Below, piece after piece: positions 10,637-20,533 of a stretch of 56,310 nucleotides of DNA. The notes beneath the pieces were generated by a model. That model was not told the origin of the DNA. It ran no database searches and saw only the letters and a program-made list of their open reading frames with translations. Source of the DNA: Promethearchaeota archaeon (lineage in GTDB: Archaea > Asgardarchaeota > Lokiarchaeia > Sigyniarchaeales > SOKP01); contig JBHLON010000023.1 of assembly GCA_048940445.1 (NCBI GenBank), positions 1 through 56,310 of the forward strand. Direction: 5' to 3'. Within the stretch, counting starts at the first letter, position 1; the number at the start of each line of letters is the position of its first letter. The position numbers and the translations under genes are program-made.

Positions 10637-10756
10637 AAAGAGGTTATAAATATCATATTAAATGTTTTTTTATAAAAATAATAAATTTTAAGAAAAGCTA
10701 ATAATTAAAAAAAAAAGTCACATGCAATAAAAATGAAAAAATAAAGGAAATATAAA

Positions 10757-11968
10757 ATGGAACAAGTAATTGAAAAAGCAAAAGAACATTTTGAAGCACT
10801 AGTAAAAGCCCAATTAAATCGCATTGAAGAAATGAAAAAGGGTGCTGACTGGATTGATTACTCTTCATTAAAGCCAATTAATATTGGAGTAGCTGGTGGA
10901 GATGGTATTGGACCTGAAATTACTAAACATGCTGAAGCAATTCTGAAATTTCTATTAAAAGAAGAAGTTCAGAATGGGAAAGTTGTTTTCAAACATATTG
11001 AAGGATTGACTATTGAAAATAGAGCAAAAACAATGAAAGCTATCCCTGATGAGGTACTTGAACAATTAAAGAATTGTACTGTTATTCTTAAAGGGCCAAC
11101 GTATACACCGTCCTCACAAGATTTAGCATCTGGTAAATGGCCAAATCTCGAAAGTGCAAATGTAACCATGCGACGAGAACTAGATTTATTTGCTAATGTC
11201 CGCCCAGTTAAAGTCCCAGAGAAAGGAATTAACTGGATGTTTTTTCGGGAGAATACTGAAGGAGCTTATGTTTTAGGTTCAAAAGGTATTAAGGTAACAG
11301 ACGATTTAGCCTTTGATTTCTGTGTACATACCTTACAAGGTACAGATCGCATTTTAAGATTAGCATTCGAGCATGCTAAAAAGACTGGAATGAACAGAGT
11401 CTCGTTAGTAACAAAAGCAAACGTTGTAAAAACTACAGATGGAATGTATTTAAACATGGCAAAACAACTCGCAAAAGAAGAATATCCCGAAGTAAAATTT
11501 GATGATTGGTATATAGACATTATGGCAGCTAAATTAATAGACCCCGAACGCCAAAAAGACTTCAAAGTAATCGTAGCCCCAAACCTTTATGGAGATATTA
11601 TAACTGATGAAGCAGCCCAGATTCAAGGTTCTGTTGGTACTGCCGGTAGTGCCAACATTGGGAAGCGATACTCAATGTTCGAAGCTATCCATGGTACAGC
11701 TCCGCGGATGGTTGAAACTGGAAGGACAAAATATGCTGACCCAACGAGTATCATAAAGGCCGCAGCAATGCTTTTAAATCACATAGGTTTTGTTCAGAAA
11801 GCAAGAAAGTTAGAGATGGCTTTAGATATATGTGCAATTTATGAAAAGAAACTTAAAGTTACTGGAAGAGATACAGGTGCTACAGGAGAGCAATTTGCTG
11901 AATACATAATGGATACTTTACAAGATCCAGAACTAGAACGAAAATGGGAAAGATATCAAAAGAAATAA
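10757..11968 (+). CDS. icd: Isocitrate dehydrogenase (isocitrate/isopropylmalate dehydrogenase family)
   Basis: GDGIGPEI, SANVTMRRELDLFANVRP, RENTEG, KANV, NLYGDIITD, FEAIHGTAP; TCA context favours IDH. Confidence 0.8.
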   Translation: MEQVIEKAKEHFEALVKAQLNRIEEMKKGADWIDYSSLKPINIGVAGGDGIGPEITKHAEAILKFLLKEEVQNGKVVFKHIEGLTIENRAKTMKAIPDEVLEQLKNCTVILKGPTYTPSSQDLASGKWPNLESANVTMRRELDLFANVRPVKVPEKGINWMFFRENTEGAYVLGSKGIKVTDDLAFDFCVHTLQGTDRILRLAFEHAKKTGMNRVSLVTKANVVKTTDGMYLNMAKQLAKEEYPEVKFDDWYIDIMAAKLIDPERQKDFKVIVAPNLYGDIITDEAAQIQGSVGTAGSANIGKRYSMFEAIHGTAPRMVETGRTKYADPTSIIKAAAMLLNHIGFVQKARKLEMALDICAIYEKKLKVTGRDTGATGEQFAEYIMDTLQDPELERKWERYQKK

Positions 11969-11981
11969 GAATAGTAAATTG

Positions 11982-12000
11982 ATTTTTTATTTTTTTTTAT
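11982..12000 (+). terminator. Oligo-T tract after icd (archaeal-type terminator candidate)
   Basis: ATTTTTTATTTTTTTTTAT begins 13 nt after the stop at the end of the + strand gene run. Confidence 0.4.
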
Positions 12001-12274
12001 AGGTAATTTAATAACTATTAAGAAAATTGGATATAGATTTATTTTACAGGTTTATTTAATTTTTTTGTGTCTATTTCCCTAAATTATTCTTTTAAAAAAC
12101 TAGTAGTCTTATCTGGAAATTTATTTTTGATTTTGACTCCTAAAACTAATCCTAGTTATTTTATATCCTAATGGCTACCAAATAAATAACAGATTATCTA
12201 TTACAAATAAAAGAAGATTTATATACCACTCCATCCCAATTAATTATAATCAAATTTTAGAATGTGAAATTTTA

Positions 12275-12820
12275 ATGAAAGCAGTTAAATTGAATAAAGG
12301 ATTTCTCGTTCTACTTTCTCTTATATTTATTATATCCTTTGTGACCTATATTAAAGACTCAAAGGCAGCATGGGAAACGGAAACAATTGGACCTAATTCT
12401 GCTGTAGTCTTCAACATTCGAGGTCTTACAGCGGGTATGACAATAGAAGTCCAATATAACGTTATATCAGGTTCTGGTGGAGTTGACGCATATTTAGTAG
12501 AAGGAGTACATACTGGATTATTAATCTCCAAACCAAGTACTTATTTAATATACAGAGACAATTCTATGAGTGATAATTGGGTATATGAAGTCCCTGCTAA
12601 TAATGATTTTTGCGTCCAATTTTTTAATGATCATAATGAAGATATTACGGTGAGATTTTTGGTACAAACAAGTCTTAGTAAATTACTATTAGCTCTTATT
12701 ATTTCATCAGCTATTGCTGGACCAACAGTTGGTGCAATAGTTGCCATAATATTGGTAAGAAGGAGAAAAAAAAGAAAAGCATCTAAAGTTATCAAATCTG
12801 AACCTATAAATGCCAAGTAA
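12275..12820 (+). CDS. Type I membrane protein with p24/GOLD-like beta-sandwich
   Basis: N-terminal hydrophobic signal, ~100-aa beta-rich domain (IEVQYNVISG, VDAYLV, FCVQFFN, VRFLV), C-terminal TM helix and RRRKKRK tail. Confidence 0.55.
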   Translation: MKAVKLNKGFLVLLSLIFIISFVTYIKDSKAAWETETIGPNSAVVFNIRGLTAGMTIEVQYNVISGSGGVDAYLVEGVHTGLLISKPSTYLIYRDNSMSDNWVYEVPANNDFCVQFFNDHNEDITVRFLVQTSLSKLLLALIISSAIAGPTVGAIVAIILVRRRKKRKASKVIKSEPINAK

Positions 12821-12987
12821 TATTAAATTTCTTTTTTTAATTTTAAACCTTATTTCTATGTTCATTTTAATACTTCATCAAACCTAATTTTGAGGTTTGG
12901 TTTAATAAAAGTCGCACCAGTAATACCTAGAATCTTGCTTAATTGATAAAATTGTTAGAGATCTTATATTAAGGCGAAATACTATAT

Positions 12988-13881
12988 TTAGGAAAAAGTC
13001 AAAGTCATATTCATCAATATTATTGTTAAGATCAAGAATACCGTGCTGATTACTAGCGGGATTAACATTACACTGTACCCATATTTAGTTTGATCCAAAT
13101 GAGTTCTTCTGTGGATATAATAATAGAATATTGAACTTAATACAATTCCAAAAATAGCAAAAAGTAAAAATATCCAAAGTAAGTCGACTTTATCTCCATA
13201 TCGATTAGGAATGAGATTGGCACTGAAATGAAGTGGAACCGTTTGAGGCAATTGAAAGTAGATAATTAAGAAGTATGTTAAACCTGATATTGAGAGAATG
13301 ATTGAAATAATAAATAAAGTTAAAGCAAATTTAATGTCTTTCGAAGAGTTTATAATGGTTTTAAAGGGTTCGGGCTTTTCTATAACTTGAGACTCCACAC
13401 CTTTACTGATATCATTAAGAACTCTAATAAAGTCATCTTCTTGAGCTGGAGTTATTCCATATATTTTCTTTTTTTGGCCATTAGTTTCGACAAATAAAAG
13501 TTTCTCCAATTTGGTGGCGTATAAATTGACTGTTTCGAAATTTCCTTCGATTAAATATTTAAATTTTCCAAACAAGTATCCTGGAATCCCTACTCCACCC
13601 AATCTAATACCTTCATATTTATTTGTCTCAGGTTTAATTACTCTTTTTACATTTCCAATCGGAATTCTTGTAGTTTTTAATCCCCACTTAATTAAAAGAA
13701 AATCATTCGATATAATGTATTCCATTTCATAGTATGCATAGATTAATAATGAAAATATCGCAACGATTGCTACGAAAATACTTAACATAAGTACCAAAAA
13801 TGAAACATTTTGAAGTGCAGGATAAGTCGAAATTAAAAGTATTAAGAGTAGTATAGCAATGACTATCGTAGTAATAGTCAT
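12988..13881 (-). CDS. Membrane protein, bacterial PH domain (bPH_5-like) fused to DUF1648-like domain
   Basis: YIISNDFLLIKWG..IPI, GIRLGGVGIPGYLFGKF, ITP, LPQTVPLHF..PNRYGDK; GGAGGG upstream of the ATG. Confidence 0.65.
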   Translation of the reverse strand: MTITTIVIAILLLILLISTYPALQNVSFLVLMLSIFVAIVAIFSLLIYAYYEMEYIISNDFLLIKWGLKTTRIPIGNVKRVIKPETNKYEGIRLGGVGIPGYLFGKFKYLIEGNFETVNLYATKLEKLLFVETNGQKKKIYGITPAQEDDFIRVLNDISKGVESQVIEKPEPFKTIINSSKDIKFALTLFIISIILSISGLTYFLIIYFQLPQTVPLHFSANLIPNRYGDKVDLLWIFLLFAIFGIVLSSIFYYYIHRRTHLDQTKYGYSVMLIPLVISTVFLILTIILMNMTLTFS

Positions 13882-14151
13882 GTACTTCCCTCCATTTGAT
13901 TTTGCGGGTTTAAATATTCGATAGCTTGACGTATATTATCACTATTTTAACTTGTTTTAGCTTTTAAATTGCTTCAAATGAAAGGTGTAAATCAAACTAT
14001 TAAAGAAGGAGGATTACAATTTAAATACAGATTTGTGTTTATTTTTTAGATATGAAGCTTAAACTGAAAAAGAACTTAATTTTTATTAATAAAAAAACAA
14101 ACTAAATTATTTTTATAAAATATTTTATTTTCTTCCGATTTTATTGTATTA

Positions 14152-14973
14152 ATGATGCCCATAGATTTTCACCAAATTAAGTATGAAAAAGAAGAGAATG
14201 GAATTTTAACAGTTATTTTAAACTGGCCAGAAAAAAAGAATGCACTCTCACCTCTAGGTCTTTTAGAACTATGGTATGCCGTAGATCATGCTGAAAAGGA
14301 TAAGGAAGTCAAGGTAATGATATTAACTGGTTGTGAAGAAGCACGAGCTTTTTCTTCAGGGGGCTACTTTTCTGAAAATATGTTAAGTGATATTCCTGAG
14401 AAATATAGAAATGAGATCAATTTAAGAGATATGGCATCGAAACGGGTATGTCTTAAATTTTGGGATTTCTCTAAACCCGTAATATCAGTAATTAATGGTT
14501 TTGCTGTAGGTGGTGGGTTTACCCTTCCTGTAATCTGTTCTGATTTAGTTTATATGGCTGATGATGCTTGGTGGGCTCTTCTTTTTGTAAAAAGGGCTGT
14601 GATACCGGATTTTGCAACTACAGTGCTTTTACCACTAATGATTGGCATGAATAAAGCTAAAGAACTCTTTTATTTTGGTGATCGAATAACAGCAAAAGTC
14701 GCTGAAAATTTAGGTCTCGTTAACAAGGTAATACCAAGAGAAAAATTAATGCAATATGCGAGAAAGCAAGCTTTAAAACTCATTCCTCCTAATGGACCAT
14801 CACTATCTATCAGATTAATGAAAAAAGCAATACACACATATTTTAGAACTATTATAGAACAGCAATTGGATTTAGAAAATAAAATGTGGACTAAAGCAAT
14901 TTGTAGCAAAGATTTTGGTGAATCTCTAAAAGCATTGAAAGAAAAAAGAAATCCTATTTTTATTGGAAAATAA
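14152..14973 (+). CDS. Crotonase-family enoyl-CoA hydratase/isomerase (PaaG/isomerase-like)
   Basis: LNWPEKKNAL, FSSGG, KPVISVINGFAVGGG. Both hydratase Glu positions are replaced (GGGFTL, FVKRAVIPD) with an Asp retained. Confidence 0.85.
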   Translation: MMPIDFHQIKYEKEENGILTVILNWPEKKNALSPLGLLELWYAVDHAEKDKEVKVMILTGCEEARAFSSGGYFSENMLSDIPEKYRNEINLRDMASKRVCLKFWDFSKPVISVINGFAVGGGFTLPVICSDLVYMADDAWWALLFVKRAVIPDFATTVLLPLMIGMNKAKELFYFGDRITAKVAENLGLVNKVIPREKLMQYARKQALKLIPPNGPSLSIRLMKKAIHTYFRTIIEQQLDLENKMWTKAICSKDFGESLKALKEKRNPIFIGK

Positions 14974-15192
14974 GCATGATCTAGTTTATTCCGTAGATAA
15001 AACACTAGAATAGTTTTTATTCTGAATAGTTAAAAGAGAATGAAAGGGAAAAAGTACGAAGAATAATATGTAATTTTGAGTTTCGAGATAACTGATTTGG
15101 AGATTTTATTATTAGATTATTAAATCTTGGTCTAATTTTGTCCATTAGCTATTAAGAAAAAAATATAAAAAAAAGGAGAATTTAAGATGTAA

Positions 15193-17268
15193 TTAAGGCC
15201 TTTTCTTCCTTTTCCTTAACCAGTATATGCCTGCTAGAGCTATAAGAGTACCTCCACTTAAAGAAGAAATAACTATAATTAATGTAAGCGGAAATTCACC
15301 TGTAGGTTCTCCTTCACCTTTTAAAAGGGAATCGGGATCAACTGAAATGTATTTTTCATAATAATTATTTGCATATCCTGAGGCAGAAATAGTCATATTA
15401 AGGAGAATAGGTTCTTCGCCAGGAACTACAGTTATAGCATCAAGAGATATAAAATAGAGACCATTTTCCATACTTTGAATATCAGCAGAGACATCAATTC
15501 CGTTCCACCACATTTGTATTATTACATTATCAATTCCAGAACCCATCCTATTGTGAATAAAGAAAGTCATATTAAAGTATTCACTTGAGAAGGATTGCTT
15601 TATAATATCCAACTTTAATTTATCTTCTATTAAATCGTTTGAATGGACTGCTATGTAGGTTTTAAAATACCTGTCTTTATATCCCAAAGCAGAGATAGTC
15701 ATATTCAATAAAATAGGATCTTGTTCTAGAAGTATAATTATTGGAGTTAAGCTTATTGAGTAATTTCCGTTTCCATTATTTTTAATATTAGAAGTTACAT
15801 TTATCCCATTCCACCATATCTGAATTGTAGCATCATTAATTGGAGGTCCTGTACTGTTGCTTATATAGAAAGTTAAGTTAAAGTTTTCTGAGGAATATGC
15901 CCTCTCAACAATTTCAACATGAATTTCAGATAAATGAGGAATTATATCTATAATATCTTGTTGTAAATCACTTAAACCTTGAGCAGCAGATTTTTGACAA
16001 CTAATTATCTCTGAAAATCTTTGCGAAATAGCAGCACTAATTTCTGGATATTCTGGATGCTTTGGTCTAGCTAATGTGACATCTGAAGCTGCATAAAAAT
16101 CCGAAACATATTCAAAACCTGGTGGTAATGATGAATAAGTTTCTTTTAGCGCAGGAAAGTATCCATACGTTTGTAAATTATAATATTGAGAATAATTTAA
16201 GCAAAGCCATTTGGTGAGGTTAAAAGCGGCGTCCTTATGTTGACTAAAAGATGATATCCCAAAAATTGATCCTGCAGCAACAGATGACTTCTCATCTGGA
16301 TATCCATGAAAAGTAGGTATTGGAGCAACTCCAAATGAAGTGTTATATGGTGAATCTAGGGTTAATGAATACATATAGGGCCAATTTCTGGCAAAAAGAG
16401 CCTGTCCTGCTAACCATGTATTGTGAGTCGTTCCTTCATTATAGGTTAATGCATCACGTGAAATGATATATTTACTATTTATTAAATCAGGGGAACCAGG
16501 TGGTGCAATTAAGCCTTTTAAAAATGCTAAAGCATCAATAGCATCTGTTTGATTAACTAAAGGATTCCCATTACTATCAAATATATTTGTTACTCCATTA
16601 CTTCCAATCCATTCTTGAAAGTTGACCGTTCCACCTTCATAATTATCGAATTGGCCTATATAGCCCACTAAGTTAGGATTATTTTCTTGATGTAAAATGT
16701 CATTTGCTGTGGCATTTAATTCTGCCCACGTATCAATATCAGCAGTAGTATAATTATAGTAGGTTAAAAGATCCTTTCGATAGTATAAGGCTCCAAAATT
16801 AAGTGAATAAGGAAATGCCCAATAACTTCCTTGATATTCACATGAATCAACAATACCTGCAATATAGTTATTCATTTCATATGGGATTAAGTGGAAGTCT
16901 AGATTTTCAAGCCATCCGTTTTCAACGAATAGTGCAGTCCAAATTGCATCCAATGCCATTACATCTAAGGAAGTATCACCTGCTGCTAAATGGGTTTGTA
17001 AATAAGTCAATTGTTGGTCGGAAGTATCACCCGAGGAAATTACATTAACATCCGAAATTCCTCCTCCATATCTCGAATTTAGGAAATCAGGGATAAGATC
17101 CGATATCGGTGGTTTTATATAACTAGGTACAATAATATTTAAAATGGTAGATTGAGAGAGTTTTGGTTCTGAGGTTGCTGTAGCAGGAAAAATATAAAAA
17201 GGGGCTGAAAATAACATCAAAAACCCAATTAAAAGGATAGATAATTTCTTATTTCTATTACTTTTCAT
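15193..17268 (-). CDS. Carbohydrate-type ABC solute-binding protein with two C-terminal Ig-like repeats and TM anchor
   Basis: Signal peptide; DVMALDAIW, LYYRKDLL, QFDNYEG, ARNWPY, ARP.HPEY typical of trehalose/maltose-type SBPs; C-terminal GEFP + TM + RKRKK. Confidence 0.85.
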   Translation of the reverse strand: MKSNRNKKLSILLIGFLMLFSAPFYIFPATATSEPKLSQSTILNIIVPSYIKPPISDLIPDFLNSRYGGGISDVNVISSGDTSDQQLTYLQTHLAAGDTSLDVMALDAIWTALFVENGWLENLDFHLIPYEMNNYIAGIVDSCEYQGSYWAFPYSLNFGALYYRKDLLTYYNYTTADIDTWAELNATANDILHQENNPNLVGYIGQFDNYEGGTVNFQEWIGSNGVTNIFDSNGNPLVNQTDAIDALAFLKGLIAPPGSPDLINSKYIISRDALTYNEGTTHNTWLAGQALFARNWPYMYSLTLDSPYNTSFGVAPIPTFHGYPDEKSSVAAGSIFGISSFSQHKDAAFNLTKWLCLNYSQYYNLQTYGYFPALKETYSSLPPGFEYVSDFYAASDVTLARPKHPEYPEISAAISQRFSEIISCQKSAAQGLSDLQQDIIDIIPHLSEIHVEIVERAYSSENFNLTFYISNSTGPPINDATIQIWWNGINVTSNIKNNGNGNYSISLTPIIILLEQDPILLNMTISALGYKDRYFKTYIAVHSNDLIEDKLKLDIIKQSFSSEYFNMTFFIHNRMGSGIDNVIIQMWWNGIDVSADIQSMENGLYFISLDAITVVPGEEPILLNMTISASGYANNYYEKYISVDPDSLLKGEGEPTGEFPLTLIIVISSLSGGTLIALAGIYWLRKRKKRP
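15330..15935 (-). repeat. Two tandem ~100-aa repeats within the SBP (IQxWWNGIxV...PILLNMTISAxGY)
   Basis: Direct comparison of the two translated segments; boundaries approximate. Confidence 0.85.
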
Positions 17269-17799
17269 CTATTATTATTCACTTTTTTTATAATATTGGA
17301 TTAAATCTTCGAATCTTGCGAAAAGCAAGTTATTGAAATTTTACGATAAATTAGTTTATAAACTTAACTCTTTTTAAGATTCCAATAGAAAATTAAGTCT
17401 AGCTTTATTGTTATGATTATAAACTAATGATAAGTAGTTAGCAGGACTAAAGCTGAACTTTATTTCTCTAAAAAGTTCGATGAAACTGATCCTTTATGAC
17501 AAACTTTCATTCTAATCGGAAGATACTCGAATAGAATTATTCTAAATGGTTAAATGATCATGAAAAGAAAAAGATAAGAAATAAATAACTAATTCTTTTG
17601 GTCTTTGGCTAGATCTAGTGCCGTTCTCCAATCTTATAATGGATGAAAATTATTATTTTCTAATAGAGAGATATAGTATAAAAGAGAAAAATTAACTTCT
17701 TTTGGATTAATAACTCTATTTACTAGATTTAAAACCTAAAAGGAGTCTAGATAATTTAAATAATTTGTTATTGAAATGATCAATTCAATTTTTTCTTTG

Positions 17800-18849
17800 T
17801 TATAATTGATCTATAAATTTTTCAACAAAATTTTGTAAAACTGGTTTTAGATCCTCAATCCAAGCTTTACCTTTCAATCTAGTGTCTTGTAAATTTTTTT
17901 CAAAATTAACTATTACCAATGATAACTCATTTTGTATAGTTTCAATTGAAATATTATCATAATTTTGCGTTAAACCGGAAGTTATAAAATCTACGAAGCT
18001 TGAAATCAATTTTTCTTTGAATTCATCAAAATTATAAAATTTATTAAATTGGAGATAAGAAGATAGAAATCGGTTAATTGCGAGAGTAAACTCTTTTTTA
18101 TCAATTTTCCTTTTTTGAAAGCAATAGAATTTTATTAACCTCTCTATCATAGTCCCATCAAAATCATTCTCAGTGGCATTTTCATTTGAAAGTTTCTTGT
18201 CATATTTAATAATCTTGATATCTGAAGGTAATCCTTCTTCGTAATCATCTTTTATCATATCTGAAAGGCCCTCTCGAAGAGTATGAATCTTAGTATTAAT
18301 TCTCTCTCCATTTATAGTAACGCTAGGTACTCTAGCTTTGTTTTTCTCTAATAGTGCAATGAGATTAACAGGGGTTGATTGTTTTGGATTGAAAAAGATT
18401 TGATATAATGTAGTAAATTCATATTCTTCTATAGTATCTTTAAATAAAGGTCTTAATATCTCATCATACTTCAGAAAAAAGAGGAATATAAGTTCATCCA
18501 AAGCAATAGTATATGCTTTAAAATCACGAATATTTACATATTTTTTGTATTCCAAACGGATTTTATTAGCTCTTATCCATTCAAATGCAAAATCTAACAA
18601 ATCATTATCTTTAGAAAACTGTTTCTCAAAATAAGTTAGTATTTCCGAAATTACAATGATTGAAGAACCAATAGATTGATTATCTAAAAATTTAGCAATA
18701 ATTTCTATCGTGTTCGAATTTTTACTCATATTCTGAATGCGCTCAAAATTGGAATGCAATCGTTCTTTGTCTATATTGTAAAGTTTGCTAAATTGTATTT
18801 GCTCCAATGTTACATCTAACCTTTTGAAAATAATTTTTATTGTTTGCAA
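17800..18849 (-). CDS. Hypothetical helical protein
   Basis: 349-aa ORF; start overlaps the upstream gene stop by 13 nt. Confidence 0.7.
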   Translation of the reverse strand: MQTIKIIFKRLDVTLEQIQFSKLYNIDKERLHSNFERIQNMSKNSNTIEIIAKFLDNQSIGSSIIVISEILTYFEKQFSKDNDLLDFAFEWIRANKIRLEYKKYVNIRDFKAYTIALDELIFLFFLKYDEILRPLFKDTIEEYEFTTLYQIFFNPKQSTPVNLIALLEKNKARVPSVTINGERINTKIHTLREGLSDMIKDDYEEGLPSDIKIIKYDKKLSNENATENDFDGTMIERLIKFYCFQKRKIDKKEFTLAINRFLSSYLQFNKFYNFDEFKEKLISSFVDFITSGLTQNYDNISIETIQNELSLVIVNFEKNLQDTRLKGKAWIEDLKPVLQNFVEKFIDQL

Positions 18850-19880
18850 TCTAAAGATTGCTCGATCTTTTGAAGAGACTCATTGGAATTTAAATTCCAG
18901 TTATCAAAGGGATTTATCTTAGAATTTAACTCAATAACAGATCTTTCAAATTCCTCACTTTTATCTAACATACTCCGCAACTTCTTTTTATAAAAAAATA
19001 GATCTCCTGCTTCCTTAACTTTGCTGATGCTTGGGATTAGGATCAAACCGTAGCTTATCTTATTGTTCGCCTTAGATATGAATTCTTCTATATATAACAC
19101 CACCTTTTTTGGATTACTAATCTTAATTTTAATGATATTGGAGTACAGATTCTCTTTTCTAAATAACCTCAAAGTCTCATTCATTCTTTTTTCATAATAA
19201 TCGGGTAATATACCCATAAAATAATATGAAGGAATTTGGTTTAAAACTTCTGTTCTCAACGGATCGTCTAAATCAAAAGTAAAGAGATCAGATTTTAATA
19301 TTCCATCTCTTAAAGTTCTCTTTATTACGGCTACAGGTGAGTAAGTCATCTTTTCTTCCCAATAAATCTTTCTTGGAGATCCTAAAGTATGCTCAAGTAA
19401 ATCAATACCTCTTTTCATCTCTTTCTCTATTAAAGCATTAAAATCGAAATTAGGGCCATGAATTTTTTTTGCAATAAGTTTTTCTTGGATAAGACTGGGG
19501 TGAATATATTTATCGAGTCTTTCATAAATCATTGCTAAATCTTCTGTATAAGGTGATCCTATAAATGTAAAGAGATTGGTTATATATCCTGATGTTTTTC
19601 TTGATGAATTAAGACAGGCAAATGATTGCATAAGAGTATCATCAACTACCATGCTCATTTGGGGAGATAATGAAGTTTCAATATAATCTATCTTCCAACT
19701 TTTTTGTTTATATAATTCTCTTGTCATTAATAATGGACCAAGGAACTTAAATGACATTGACTTTAATTCTCGAATTGATTCTTCAGGTAAATTATAAGAT
19801 AATTTTATATTATCGTATACTAAAGTTTCTTCATCTGAATAAAATAATCCTAAAAGAAATTCAGATCCTTTCCTTAACAT
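18837..19880 (-). CDS. Hypothetical alpha/beta protein
   Basis: 347-aa ORF with TATA-like TTATATAAAT about 30 nt upstream. Confidence 0.7.
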   Translation of the reverse strand: MLRKGSEFLLGLFYSDEETLVYDNIKLSYNLPEESIRELKSMSFKFLGPLLMTRELYKQKSWKIDYIETSLSPQMSMVVDDTLMQSFACLNSSRKTSGYITNLFTFIGSPYTEDLAMIYERLDKYIHPSLIQEKLIAKKIHGPNFDFNALIEKEMKRGIDLLEHTLGSPRKIYWEEKMTYSPVAVIKRTLRDGILKSDLFTFDLDDPLRTEVLNQIPSYYFMGILPDYYEKRMNETLRLFRKENLYSNIIKIKISNPKKVVLYIEEFISKANNKISYGLILIPSISKVKEAGDLFFYKKKLRSMLDKSEEFERSVIELNSKINPFDNWNLNSNESLQKIEQSLDCKQ

Positions 19881-20042
19881 GTTATTGAGATAAATACAAG
19901 CGTATGTATTTATATAATCTTTTTACACTCAAATAAATCTTTTTATAGTTAAAGGTTTATATAGTATAAAGGAAATTTTAGCTAAAACATTATAATTACC
20001 ATTTTTTAACTTAGTCTTGTATTCTTGAGAGTGCAAAATTAT

Positions 20043-20363
20043 TTATTCATAGTTGAATTCATGAACAATTTCATAATGCTGTGATAATTTATCATGTCTT
20101 GAAAGAACCTTTTTCGCTTTTTGAGGAACATAGGAATTTTCATACTCTTCCCCCGCAAATTCTTTTACAGCACTTAAATCATCAAAGATCATTATTGTAA
20201 TAAACTCAACTTCATTTTTCAAGGGACGCCTTAAAAGACTTATTTTTCTATATCCTTTTATGTTTCTACTTTTAATAGATGGAAATATTTCATTTATAAG
20301 TAACTCCTCATAAGTATTCGCATTTTTAAGCGAAGTCCACCCATGCCAGATTCTTGCTATCAT
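20043..20363 (-). CDS. ABM-like dimeric alpha/beta barrel protein
   Basis: MIARIWHGWT, EFITIM, VKEFAGE, HYE family pattern. Confidence 0.8.
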   Translation of the reverse strand: MIARIWHGWTSLKNANTYEELLINEIFPSIKSRNIKGYRKISLLRRPLKNEVEFITIMIFDDLSAVKEFAGEEYENSYVPQKAKKVLSRHDKLSQHYEIVHEFNYE

Positions 20364-20533
20364 TTTTTAAAACTTATTAATACAATAATTAAATTATATT
20401 GATTTTATGTCTAAAAATTATGCTTCAAAAATATTAAATCTATGTTTTTCTTCTTATTTTAGTGGTATATTCTCTTTCTCTTTATAAGAAAAAATAATCT
20501 TAATGTTTAGTTCTATAAAAAAAGTTTAAGATT

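Noticed and set aside
13881-13932. Possible ACG start extending the bPH/DUF1648 gene by 17 codons (SSYRIFKPAKSNGGKY)
   Set aside because: The ATG at 13881 has a good GGAGGG ribosome-binding site, so a non-canonical start is not needed
17300-17790. Possible gene remnants in long intergenic gaps (also 27690-28100)
   Set aside because: Short open stretches only, with no recognisable homology within the window
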